A stretch of DNA of 64,000 nt from an uncultured Candidatus Binatia bacterium (GTDB taxonomy: Bacteria; Desulfobacterota; Binatia; UBA9968; JAJDTQ01). Shown piece after piece: positions 29,296 through 38,486 of this stretch. Under the pieces are notes generated by a model. The model made no database searches, had not been told where the DNA came from, and saw nothing but the letters and a program-made list of their open reading frames with translations. Position numbers and translations under genes: made by a program. The number at the start of each line of letters is the position of its first letter. Position 1 is the stretch's first letter. The DNA is taken from assembly GCA_965213675.1 (NCBI GenBank), contig OZ243916.1, positions 2,944,001 to 3,008,000 on the forward strand, read 5' to 3'.

Positions 29296-31485
29296 TCAGG
29301 GGTTGTGTACGATGTCGAGGGCGGCGTCGTCGAGGCCCAGCGATCCGAGCACCGGACCGAAGTACCCCGCGAACGTGCCCGTCACGGAACCGTCCACGAT
29401 CACAGGCTGATCGTCGCCGCAACGGACCACAAGGGCATCCGCCAAGGGGCGGGACAAACGGCTGAAACGAACCTCGTCCTTCGGGCAGATTCTCGGCGCG
29501 CCGTCGTCGAGTGTGAGATCCTCCTTCGGAACGTCCCCCACAACCACGCGGTCGGCAAACAGGAGCACCCAGCGCGCCCGAGCGTTGCCCGACGACGCCT
29601 CGAACACCGCGACAGCCGGCTTCTGAACGTCTGGAGCAACGACGCGGTCTGCCGGCGCACGACCTGCCTGCGCGCCGACCTGACGCAGGATCGCCGGAGC
29701 CGACACTGGCGGAACGGTTGAAAGCGTACCGTACTCCAGGCGGGCACGCAGGCGCGACTCCACCGCCTTCAGATATCGTGACCAGAGCGCAGCGATCTGC
29801 TTGCGCTCCGGGAGCAATACCGAAGCGTTGAACAGCATCATTTGGTCGTGCTCCACTGGCCAGTCCGCCGGTGCGTGGGTCGCCAGCAGATCGACGAAGG
29901 ATGAGAGCAGTGGTTCGGCCAAGGGGTCTCCCACCAGATCGCCTGGGGGCTCGATCCAATGCGGCTCACCGTCGGCAACGCTGTCAGCATTGAGGTCGCC
30001 ATGGTCGAAGGCGACGGACATCGCCTTGTCCAACAGCACGCGGTGCATGCCGGCATCGCCAATGCGCTCACGCGCCACCACGGCGAACGCGCTGTTTGCG
30101 ATCACCTGCCGCGCCTCCCCGATGTCGAGGCGGCACCAGTCGCAGGCGAGTATCGCGAGCTGAACGAATCCCTCCTCGATGCGTATCTCCTCGCGGCTGC
30201 CGGCGCCGATCAGATCGACCTGCAGGCCCATGGACAGCCGCTTCTCCAACTCCTCTATCGCCTTGCTGGGCTCCGGCTCGTTCAAACCGCGCATGTCCCG
30301 CAGGACCGCGCCGAGAGACTCGGCAATGGCGTGGCGTTGCGCGGGGCGCAAAGACGCGAAGTCGGTGGGCGGCGTCAGGGTGGAATCCAGTTCCGCGTCG
30401 TCCGCCAGCGCGCGCAGCAGCGCCAGCTTGGCGAATTCGTCCGGAATCTGCGCGCGCAGAATGCGGTCCAACAGGAGCTTGCGGTTGTGGTCGATGCCCG
30501 GAATCAGCGTGTGAATGCGAAGCGCCTCGACGAGCCCCAGCCAGTCCGCGCTCCGATACGTGTGTCGCGGATCGTAAGTGCGCGCCACCTGCAGATAGAC
30601 CAGCGCGACGGAACCCTCCAGCAGTTCCTTGAGCCAGCCCTCGCCGTATGTCTTGAGAACGTGGGTGCCGACTCGTGTCATCGCTTCCCCGGCGAGGGTC
30701 GTTGCCACAAGCGTCACCGGATTCATGCCGAGAGCAATGCGCCAGGCCATCGCCGCACCGCGCAGGTAATGCTTCCAGGGGGTGTACATCCCGTAAAGGT
30801 GGCGAACCTTCTGCACCCGTTCGAGCCACACCATGACTTCCCTCACGGTCCAGCCGGGGACGTCGACCACCGGCGCCTGCCGCGCCACTTGCAGGAGTTC
30901 GCTGATGGCGGACCGGGCGGCGAGGGCGATGTCGCCGATGCGCGCATCGAGTTCCGCCCGCTCGGCATCCTTCCCGTACAGCCGGGCGACTTCCTTTACG
31001 ACGTCGCGGATCTCCTCGAACACGGCGCTGGCGTTGACCCCGGCGATCTCCCCGTGTTCCTGCTTTACGTAGCGCCGGTCGCGGATGCCATCCCAGACAC
31101 GGTCGCAGCGGGTCTGGATCATCTTGCCGAGCCGTGCGTCCAGTTCCGGCGGCGCCTCATCCGTTTCCGGGCCGTGAGACCCCTGGAGCTTACGCCAGGC
31201 CTGCTCCGCCGGCGACATGCCCTCGGCCGCCCAGCGCGTCTGAACCTCTTTCAGATCCTGCTCGCGCAGTTCGTTGATGTGCTGCCCCACCTCTGCGGCG
31301 ATCCTTCGGTCCGCGGCAGCGGATCGCGTGAGGCCCGCCGCGAAGCCGAACGCGCCGGCGCCGAAGAGGCACACCGCCGCCCCGACTTCCACCGAGACCA
31401 GGATGAAGAGAGCAATTCCGGAGATCGTGACGCCGCATCCGGCCAGGAGCCAGCCCACGGACGCGTTCATTCGGAACAATCGCAT
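29296..31485 (-). CDS. Large hypothetical protein with two N-terminal transmembrane helices (729 aa)
   Basis: Long ORF; ATG 31485 with AAGGAGG RBS; no catalytic motif recognised. Confidence 0.7.
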   Translation of the reverse strand: MRLFRMNASVGWLLAGCGVTISGIALFILVSVEVGAAVCLFGAGAFGFAAGLTRSAAADRRIAAEVGQHINELREQDLKEVQTRWAAEGMSPAEQAWRKLQGSHGPETDEAPPELDARLGKMIQTRCDRVWDGIRDRRYVKQEHGEIAGVNASAVFEEIRDVVKEVARLYGKDAERAELDARIGDIALAARSAISELLQVARQAPVVDVPGWTVREVMVWLERVQKVRHLYGMYTPWKHYLRGAAMAWRIALGMNPVTLVATTLAGEAMTRVGTHVLKTYGEGWLKELLEGSVALVYLQVARTYDPRHTYRSADWLGLVEALRIHTLIPGIDHNRKLLLDRILRAQIPDEFAKLALLRALADDAELDSTLTPPTDFASLRPAQRHAIAESLGAVLRDMRGLNEPEPSKAIEELEKRLSMGLQVDLIGAGSREEIRIEEGFVQLAILACDWCRLDIGEARQVIANSAFAVVARERIGDAGMHRVLLDKAMSVAFDHGDLNADSVADGEPHWIEPPGDLVGDPLAEPLLSSFVDLLATHAPADWPVEHDQMMLFNASVLLPERKQIAALWSRYLKAVESRLRARLEYGTLSTVPPVSAPAILRQVGAQAGRAPADRVVAPDVQKPAVAVFEASSGNARARWVLLFADRVVVGDVPKEDLTLDDGAPRICPKDEVRFSRLSRPLADALVVRCGDDQPVIVDGSVTGTFAGYFGPVLGSLGLDDAALDIVHNP

Positions 31486-31800
31486 GCCATCCTCCTTCGG
31501 GGAGTGGTGTGCCGCCGGCTGGAGCCGTAGCGCAGGGCCCGGCAGCCCCATCCCTGGCGGTCGGCTCCGGCCGCGGGTCGAATTGGCACTTGAGTGAATC
31601 GTGGGATGTTCTTCCCCTTCCATGCGTTGTAGGCCAAAATGGACTCGGCTCCAACAATCCAGTGTTGGCGCGCGCCACGGGGACATTGCCGGCGGAGACA
31701 CACCCCACAACTCCAGGGCGCCTTGCGACGTATGTGGCCGGCGCAGTAGCTTGTCGGGAAGGAGTTCCAGGCCATCGAGTTCAACGTGTCGCCCGGACGC

Positions 31801-31944
31801 GTGATGAGCCCGGAGTTTCCGGCGACCGTCAACCACCATTCCCCAACCCCGCACTTGGTCTACAACTGCGTCCTCGCCGCCATCGGGAAGTTCAACCCGA
31901 ACCGGGCGGTGGCCCCGTCCGGCTTCGGCATCGGCGCCCTTGAC
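31801..31944 (+). pseudogene. Hydantoinase B / oxoprolinase internal fragment
   Basis: Manual translation VMSPEFPATVNHHSPTPHLVYNCVLAAIGKFNPNRAVAPSGFGIGA resembles the P-x-FPA-x-V...AL...P-x-R-x-x-A region of HyuB. Confidence 0.5.
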
Positions 31945-31968
31945 CTTCTCCTGCAGGGGTCCTAAACT
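31940..31968 (+). promoter_or_regulatory. Sigma70-type promoter
   Basis: TTGACC-17 bp-TAAACT. Confidence 0.65.
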
Positions 31969-31974
31969 AGCGAC

Positions 31975-32033
31975 AATACCCCTTGCGGTTTCGACCGCAG
32001 GGTGCGGGGCCTCTTCGGAGGCCCTTGCTTTTT
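31975..32033 (+). ncRNA. Putative short structured RNA or leader: two UUCG hairpins ending in an intrinsic terminator
   Basis: TGCGGT-TTCG-ACCGCA hairpin, then GGGGCCTC-TTCG-GAGGCCCT stem followed by TTTTT, 12 bp before the NYN start. Confidence 0.55.
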
Positions 32034-32045
32034 CAGCAGGCCTGC

Positions 32046-32668
32046 ATGCGCACCATCGTCTATGTAGACGGCTTCAATCTCTACTACGGAGCCCTCAAGG
32101 GTACGTCATGGAAGTGGCTGGACCTGGTCGCGCTCTTCGAGAAGGTTCTCCAGTCACACCACCAGATCCTCGCGGTCAAGTATTTCACGGCACGGGTTTC
32201 GGGAACCGCCCGGGACCCGTCGAAACCACAACGGCAGGATGTCTATCTACGCGCGCTGCAGCGATACCGGCGAGAAGTCGCGGTGTCTTTCGGACATTTC
32301 CTCAGTCACGCGGTGAGAGCCCCATTGGTACAGCCGGTTGGGACCTGCGCACTGTGGACGTGATCAGGACCGAGGAAAAGGGCTCCGATGTCAATCTCGC
32401 CGTGCATCTCCTCAATGACGGCTGGTTGAGTGCCTACGACTGCGCCATTGTTGTGAGCAATGACAGTGACCTTGCCGAAGCAATGCGCTTGGTGAAACAA
32501 CAACAGGGTAAGCGTATCGGGCTGGTCACGCCGGGCACAGGCCGTCCATCCCGGCAGCTTATTGCGCACGCGGACTTCACACGGAATATCCGGTCGAATG
32601 CCCTGCGGCGCTCCCAGTTGCCGGATCCAATTCCCGGCACAAACATCCGCAGACCCTCCCGGTGGTAG
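32046..32668 (+). pseudogene. NYN (LabA/DUF88, PIN-like) ribonuclease, frameshifted near 32340
   Basis: N-half YVDGFNLYY...KYFTA in one frame; C-half EEKGSDVNLA...SNDSDL in another; one added base would join them. Confidence 0.85.
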
Positions 32669-32980
32669 GGTGGCTACCCGCCACCCCTACGGCAGCACAG
32701 AGCGGGCCGACTATCACGGATTTCTCACGCGGGCCGGATGGCGAGAAACTCGTTCAGGCGCTCGCTCACGAGCCTACGCCGGTGTTCTCTTGGGGGCAGT
32801 CTTATCGAGCCGAAAGAGGACGTTCTCTTTCGCGAAACCCTTAATCAAGAATTTCGGAATGTAGTGTTGAGGTTTAATCTGCCCGGACATGGCACCACAT
32901 CAAGGATGGGAACTTGAGTGCTGGCTGGCGCAGTTCAGTGAGGAGATGGTGAGGGGGCGCCCCGAGACCCCTCGGAAACT

Positions 32981-34144
32981 TTACCCGTCCAGCTTGAACA
33001 ACCGTTCCGCATTGCCGTGGCGGATGAGCTCCTTGGTCTCTTCGGAGAGGTTCTGGTTTACGGCCAGGAGTTGGACGTCACGGAACTTCATGCTGCCGCC
33101 GGGGTCGTCGTGGGGGTAGTCGGTGGCGAACAGGAAGCGCTCGGGGCCGAGGAACTCGATGGCCTCGGGCAGGGCGGCTTCCTCGGTCTCGATGGTGAAG
33201 TAGAAGTTGTTGCGGAAGTAGTGGCTCGCGGGCTTCTTGTTTTTCTCCAGGAATACTTCGGGGCCGTAGAACGCCCGGTGGCGGCGCAGCTTGGCCTTGA
33301 CCCCGCGCATGACGTCGGCATCGGCGTCCCCGTCGTAGTCCACCGGAGGGCCGTTGAAGGCCGCGTCGAGCCTTTCCACCAGCGGCTTGATGAAGCCCGT
33401 GCCGGCCTCGGTGAAGATGAACTGGAGCCCGGGAAAGTCGTCCAGCAGGCCGCTGGTCACCAGCGACACCAGGCTCACCTGCCCCTCCTGCGGCGCGAAG
33501 AGGTAGAGGCCGTCCTTCTGGAAGTTGGGCAGATTGCTGATGCGGTGGCCGTGCTGGATGTTGTGCAGGAAGATGGGCATTTCCATCTCCTCGGCGCGCG
33601 CGAAGAACGGCCACAGCTCCTTGTGGCTGCCGAGGCTTTCTCCGTAGGGGTGGTCCTGGACCGGGTACACCTTGTCCAGCACCACCGCGCAGAACCCTTC
33701 TTTCCGGGCCCACTCCATCTCGCGGATGGCCGCGGGCACATCCTGGAGTTGCACGATGGCCACGCCGACGAGGCACTCGTGGCGCTCCATCATGCGCAGG
33801 TTGGACAGGTTGTAGGAGCGGGCAATGGCCGACGCCAGCGCCGGCTCGATCATGTACGTCCACCAGCCGGAGAATTGCGGCAGCACGAACTGCCGATCCA
33901 CCCCCAGTACGGGCAACTCGTCGAGCCGCACCTGGAGGTCCACCAGCCCCTTCATCTTGGCGCCGGAGCCGGGCGCGCCTAGCGGCGTTACGCCGGGAAC
34001 CTCGGGCGGCCCGCCCGGAAAGTCGATGTCGGCGAGCAGTCCGTCGTCGCTGTACCGTGGGATCGGCGCCTTGTCCCGGAACTCCTCGGGCATGTCGTCG
34101 AAGGCGTCGTTGGGCATGATATGGGTGTCGCAGTCGATGATCAC
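32981..34144 (-). CDS. Amidohydrolase_2 family protein
   Basis: IDCDTH, PIFLH, TEAG, FATDYPH. Confidence 0.88.
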   Translation of the reverse strand: MIIDCDTHIMPNDAFDDMPEEFRDKAPIPRYSDDGLLADIDFPGGPPEVPGVTPLGAPGSGAKMKGLVDLQVRLDELPVLGVDRQFVLPQFSGWWTYMIEPALASAIARSYNLSNLRMMERHECLVGVAIVQLQDVPAAIREMEWARKEGFCAVVLDKVYPVQDHPYGESLGSHKELWPFFARAEEMEMPIFLHNIQHGHRISNLPNFQKDGLYLFAPQEGQVSLVSLVTSGLLDDFPGLQFIFTEAGTGFIKPLVERLDAAFNGPPVDYDGDADADVMRGVKAKLRRHRAFYGPEVFLEKNKKPASHYFRNNFYFTIETEEAALPEAIEFLGPERFLFATDYPHDDPGGSMKFRDVQLLAVNQNLSEETKELIRHGNAERLFKLDG

Positions 34145-34307
34145 TGTGGATTCCTCCTGGTCAATGAGTAGCTATTAGCGCCGTTGCGCGGCGTTGGCAA
34201 GTTTGCCGACTCCACGCGAGGAGGAGCCTACGGGTTCGCCCACGCGACCATAACTTGATCCCGCCGTTACCTGTCCTTAACGATCGCATGCCAGGCTTCC
34301 CTCAGGC

Positions 34308-35303
34308 ATGAGAGTCGCGGTCGCCACCGACGCTTGGGAACCACAGGTCAACGGCGTGGTGCGCACGCTGCAGCAGACGGGAGCGCACTTGGCGGAGTTG
34401 GGACACGAACCGCTCTTCGTAACGCCGTCGGACTTCACCACCGTCCCCTGCCCCACCTACCCGTCGATCCGGCTGGCGCTCCTTCCAGGCAAGGGAGTCG
34501 GACGAATCCTGCGGGATTTCGAGCCCGACTCTGTCCACATCGCCACCGAGGGACCCATCGGCCACGCCGTCCGCTCCTTCTGCCGTGGCGCCGGCATCCC
34601 CTTCACCACCTCGTTCCACACCCTGTTCCCCGAGTACCTTCGCGCGCGGGTTCCGTTTCCGGTGACCTGGTCGTACGCCTATCTCCGACGGTATCACGGC
34701 CGCGCCGCCCGCACCTTCGTGGCCACCCGCTCCCTGGCCGAGCACCTCCGGGGGCGTGGCTTCGACAACCTCGCCATCTGGGCCCTCGGCGTCGACACGG
34801 AGATGTTCAAGCCGGGCCCCAAGTCGTTCCTGCCGGGCCCGAGGCCGCTATCCATGTACATGGGGCGCGTGGCCGTGGAAAAGAACATCGCGGCGTTTCT
34901 CGATCTCGACCTGCCCGGGACCAAGTACGTGGTGGGCGACGGGCCCGACCTGAACGGCCTGCGTTCCAGGTACCCGGAGGTCCGGTTCACGGGACAGAAA
35001 CTCGGCGACGAGCTCGCGGCCCACGTGGCCGCCGCCGACGTGTTCGTTTTCCCGAGCCTGACGGATACCTTCGGGCTGGTCATGCTCGAAGCCATGGCCT
35101 GCGGCGTGCCCGTGGCCGCCTTTCCCGTCACCGGACCGTTGGACGTGGTCCGGAACGGTAAGACCGGCGTGCTGGACCGCGACCTGCGCACCGCGGTGCT
35201 CGGCGCCGTGGAGCTGGATCCCGGCGACTGCGTCGCGTACGCCGGGCAACACACATGGCTGGAGTGGACGAAACGGTTCGTTTCGCTACTGGTGCCGGTT
35301 TAA
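34308..35303 (+). CDS. GT4 glycosyltransferase, Agt-like glycolipid synthase
   Basis: TDAWEPQVNGVVRTL, HIATEGP, GRVAVEKN, FPSLTDTFGLVMLEAMACG. Confidence 0.88.
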   Translation: MRVAVATDAWEPQVNGVVRTLQQTGAHLAELGHEPLFVTPSDFTTVPCPTYPSIRLALLPGKGVGRILRDFEPDSVHIATEGPIGHAVRSFCRGAGIPFTTSFHTLFPEYLRARVPFPVTWSYAYLRRYHGRAARTFVATRSLAEHLRGRGFDNLAIWALGVDTEMFKPGPKSFLPGPRPLSMYMGRVAVEKNIAAFLDLDLPGTKYVVGDGPDLNGLRSRYPEVRFTGQKLGDELAAHVAAADVFVFPSLTDTFGLVMLEAMACGVPVAAFPVTGPLDVVRNGKTGVLDRDLRTAVLGAVELDPGDCVAYAGQHTWLEWTKRFVSLLVPV

Positions 35304-35384
35304 CGACAACGCTGGCCCGCCGGTTGATTCGGTGCGGCAACAACTACCCTGCACGAAACGTCTCCTCGGAAACGGAACGTCACC

Positions 35385-36269
35385 TCAGGAATCGTCACCC
35401 CCCAACGTATGGACCTTCTCCAGCACCGCGTTGCGATGGTGGAGACCGCCGTTATGGGCGATCAACGGTACCGGTTCCAGCGCCGTTCCCGGGTCGCCTT
35501 GCCCGATCCGTTGCGTGTCCTGCCAGTGCAACAACTCCAGGCTCCCGTCGTCATGCTCCACCAGCGCGCTGTTGCTCTCCACCCAGTCCCCGCAGTTGCA
35601 GTAGGTGATGCCGTTCAATGGAATGATCTGGGGCCGGTGGATATGTCCGCAGATGACCCCGTCCACTCCCAGGCGGGCCGCCTCGAACGACACCGCCGCC
35701 TCGAAGTTGCTGATATAGCGCATGGCGTTCTTGACTTTGTGCTTGATGGCGCCGGCCAGGGACCAGTATGGGAGACCGAGCTTGCGGCGGACCAGGTTGA
35801 GCCGGGTGTTGATGCCCAGCAGCAGGTCGTAGGCGTGGCTGCCCAACAGCGCGATGGCCCTGGACGAACGCACCACGCTGTCGAACTGGTCCCCGTGGAT
35901 CACGAGAAAACGCTTGCCGTCGGCCTTGCGGTGGACGATGCGGTCCGCGATGCGGATGTTGCCGAAGGCCATGCCGTTGTAGTCCCGCAGCATCTCGTCA
36001 TGGTTGCCCGGCACGTAGATCACCTTGGTGCCGTATTTGGCCTTGCCGAGGATCGTTCGCAGAATGTTATTGTGGTCCTGGGGCCAGAAGGGCCGCTCTC
36101 GCACGGACCAGATGTCGATGATGTCACCGACCAGATAGAGAAACTCGCATTCCACCGAACGGAGGAAGGCCAGCAGGGACGTGGCGCTGCATCCGCGAAA
36201 TCCCAGGTGGATGTCGGATAGCCACACCGTGCGGTAGAATTGCGCAGCCGTTCCATTCTGATTCGACAC
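35385..36269 (-). CDS. plcP: PlcP-like metallophosphoesterase (LpxH-related phospholipase C)
   Basis: SDIHLG, GDIID, WPQ, GNHD, HGDQFD, CGHIH, NCGDWVE; GTG start after GGAGG inferred. Confidence 0.75.
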   Translation of the reverse strand: MSNQNGTAAQFYRTVWLSDIHLGFRGCSATSLLAFLRSVECEFLYLVGDIIDIWSVRERPFWPQDHNNILRTILGKAKYGTKVIYVPGNHDEMLRDYNGMAFGNIRIADRIVHRKADGKRFLVIHGDQFDSVVRSSRAIALLGSHAYDLLLGINTRLNLVRRKLGLPYWSLAGAIKHKVKNAMRYISNFEAAVSFEAARLGVDGVICGHIHRPQIIPLNGITYCNCGDWVESNSALVEHDDGSLELLHWQDTQRIGQGDPGTALEPVPLIAHNGGLHHRNAVLEKVHTLGGDDS

Positions 36270-36668
36270 GTTGCCACCTCCATTTGCGAGCATGGACAAG
36301 GCTCGGAGATCCGTGTCGTTCGCCCCGGATTCTCCTTGGCAAGGGTATCGTGTCGGTGTGTCGTCACGATGATGGGGTTGCGTCGGAAACGGGAAGTGTT
36401 TGTTGACGTTCTGTTACGCAACGAAGCGGACCAACGCGCCCGGACGGAGTGTCAGGTCGCGGGGCCTGTGCGGGCGGCGGCTCCGATTCCGGCGACTCGT
36501 CCGCCCGCAGGACCGCGCGTCTGGACGCACCAGACCTTGCGTCCGGAGGCGTCGACACGTATGCCGAAGCCAGGCATGTGGCGGTTTCAGACCACGGTAT
36601 CGCCGGATTCGACCGACAGTGCGTCAACGGCGCGAAAAACATGATACGAATTGACAACGGTCCTCACC

Positions 36669-37385
36669 ATGTGCGGCCGATACACCCAGACGGCGAAGCT
36701 CCAGGACCTCGTAGACCGCTTCGGCATCGACGAGCCGGACTTCGATCCGGCGCCTCGGTATAACCTGGCGCCCAGCCAGGACGCGCCGGTGGTGGGAGTG
36801 AACCCGAAGACGCCGGATACCCGTGCCCTGCGGCTGATGCACTGGGGGCTTGTGCCTTACCACGCCAAGGACGCGGCCAGGCCAATTATCAACGCCCGGT
36901 CGGAAACCCTGGCCCAACGGCCCGCCTTCCGGAGCCTGCTACCGAGGCGCCGCTGTCTGGTGGCGGCCGACGGCTTCTACGAGTGGCGCAAGGAAGGCCG
37001 CGTCCGAACCCCCATGCGCTTCACCCTCAGAAGCGGAGAGCCGTTCGCCTTCGCCGGCCTTTGGGACCGATGGCTCCGGCCCGACGGAACCCCGCTCTAC
37101 TCGTTCACCATCGTCACCACGAGCCCCAACAGCCTCGTTGAGCCGGTGCACAACAGGATGCCCGTCATCCTGCGCCCGGAGGATGAGGCCAGGTGGCTCG
37201 ATCCCGCCATCACCGACTCGGCGGCGCTGTCACCACTGCTCAAACCCTACCCTGCCGAAATGATGGACGGGTACTGCGTCTCGCGGGCCGTCAACTCGCC
37301 CGTGAACGACTCGCCCGAGTGCATCGCGCCGGACGAAGCACCGCTTACCTTGCTACGTAAACCGAGCTTGAAGGCTGATCCATAA
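36669..37385 (+). CDS. SRAP (YedK/HMCES) abasic-site protecting protein
   Basis: MCGRY start, RYNLAP, INARSET, GFYEW, HNRMPVIL. Confidence 0.93.
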   Translation: MCGRYTQTAKLQDLVDRFGIDEPDFDPAPRYNLAPSQDAPVVGVNPKTPDTRALRLMHWGLVPYHAKDAARPIINARSETLAQRPAFRSLLPRRRCLVAADGFYEWRKEGRVRTPMRFTLRSGEPFAFAGLWDRWLRPDGTPLYSFTIVTTSPNSLVEPVHNRMPVILRPEDEARWLDPAITDSAALSPLLKPYPAEMMDGYCVSRAVNSPVNDSPECIAPDEAPLTLLRKPSLKADP

Positions 37386-37386
37386 A

Positions 37387-37403
37387 GGTATATTTTCTAT
37401 ACC
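37387..37403. promoter_or_regulatory. Putative operator directly before brnT
   Basis: Inverted repeat GGTATA-N5-TATACC abutting the GTG start. Confidence 0.5.
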
Positions 37404-37676
37404 GTGCCAGCATTCGAGTGCGATCAGCGGAAGAGCATACGAAACCTTGGGAAGCACGGGATCGATTTCGTCGCGGCGCAGGCACTTTGGGAGGACCCCG
37501 GGCGCGTCGAAATACCCGCGAGGACCACGGACGAGAAGCGGGTTCTTGTTGTCGGCCGCGTCGGCACCAAGCACTGATCCGCTGTAGTCACTCCCAGAGG
37601 GGATAGTGTTCGCATCATTTCGGTGCGCCGGTCTCGACCGGAGGAGGTAGCCATATATGAGAGCGAAGAAATTTGA
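37404..37676 (+). pseudogene. brnT: BrnT toxin with internal stop codon
   Basis: Manual translation VPAFECDQRKSIRNLGKHGIDF...GTKH*SAVVT...RIISVRRSRPEE; TGA at 37575-37577. Confidence 0.85.
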
Positions 37677-37890
37677 TGCCGACTTCGACGCCGGCAAGGA
37701 CATAACCGCCGCTCTCGATTTGCCTGCCGCACGTCGTCCGGCTCGAAAACAACGACGGGTCAACGTGGATTTCCCGGTCTGGATGGTCGAATCCCTGGAC
37801 CGGGAGGCCAGTAGGCTCGGAGTCACTCGCCAATCGATCATCAAGCTCTGGTTGGCGGAGCGGCTGGAGCGGTCGGCCGCGAACGGCTGA
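37657..37890 (+). CDS. brnA: BrnA (CopG-like) antitoxin
   Basis: FDADFDAGKDI...RVNVDFPVWMVESLDREA...GVTRQSIIKLWL; GGAGG RBS. Confidence 0.88.
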   Translation: MRAKKFDADFDAGKDITAALDLPAARRPARKQRRVNVDFPVWMVESLDREASRLGVTRQSIIKLWLAERLERSAANG

Positions 37891-37917
37891 AATGGCTGCC
37901 CTGATCCGCCACTGGGT

Positions 37918-37970
37918 CCCGGCCCCGGACCCCGGGTCAGGCCCGGGGAAACTTGATCCGGGGCCGGGAT
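37918..37970. repeat. GC-rich palindrome between convergent genes
   Basis: TCCCGGCCCCGGA ... TCCGGGGCCGGGA inverted repeat with an internal CCCCGGG..CCCGGGG stem. Confidence 0.6.
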
Positions 37971-37982
37971 GGGGAAAAGAGG

Positions 37983-38327
37983 CTACTTCGCCGCGCAGAC
38001 CATGATTTCCACCTGGGTGCCCGGGGTGAGCGCCACGCCGATGGCGGCCCGGGCCGGGAGGTTGTCCTTGTCGATCCAGGCCATCCAGGCCTCGTTCATC
38101 TCGTCCTTGGCGTCGATGTCGGCGAGATAGACGGTGGACGTGAGGATGCGGGACTTGTTGGTGCCAGCGAGGGCGAGGATCTCGTCGATCTTGGCCAGCA
38201 CCTGCTCGGTCTGGCCCTTCGTGGACAGGGACTTGTCGTCGGCCACCAGGCCGGACAGGTATACACGATCGCCGTGCACCACGGCGCGACTGTTCCAGAC
38301 TTGCGGTTTGATGTGTTCGATGCTCAT
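37983..38327 (-). CDS. RidA/YjgF family protein
   Basis: VYLSGLV, QTEQVL, MNEAW, PARA, VEIMV. Confidence 0.9.
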   Translation of the reverse strand: MSIEHIKPQVWNSRAVVHGDRVYLSGLVADDKSLSTKGQTEQVLAKIDEILALAGTNKSRILTSTVYLADIDAKDEMNEAWMAWIDKDNLPARAAIGVALTPGTQVEIMVCAAK

Positions 38328-38486
38328 CGGAAGACAGCCTCCTTGTGAAGAATTTCCAGGACGCTATGTGTTCGCGCTCGCGATGTCAACGCAGAATGCA
38401 CGGTCCTATTTCACGTCACCTCCTCTAATCATCAGTCCGGGCCAAATTAAATTGCCTTCGAGGCGAATATCTGTCATGATCCCCAT

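Noticed and set aside
37575-37577. TGA in brnT as selenocysteine
   Set aside because: The position corresponds to Trp, not Cys, and a second conserved Trp is also mutated, indicating decay.
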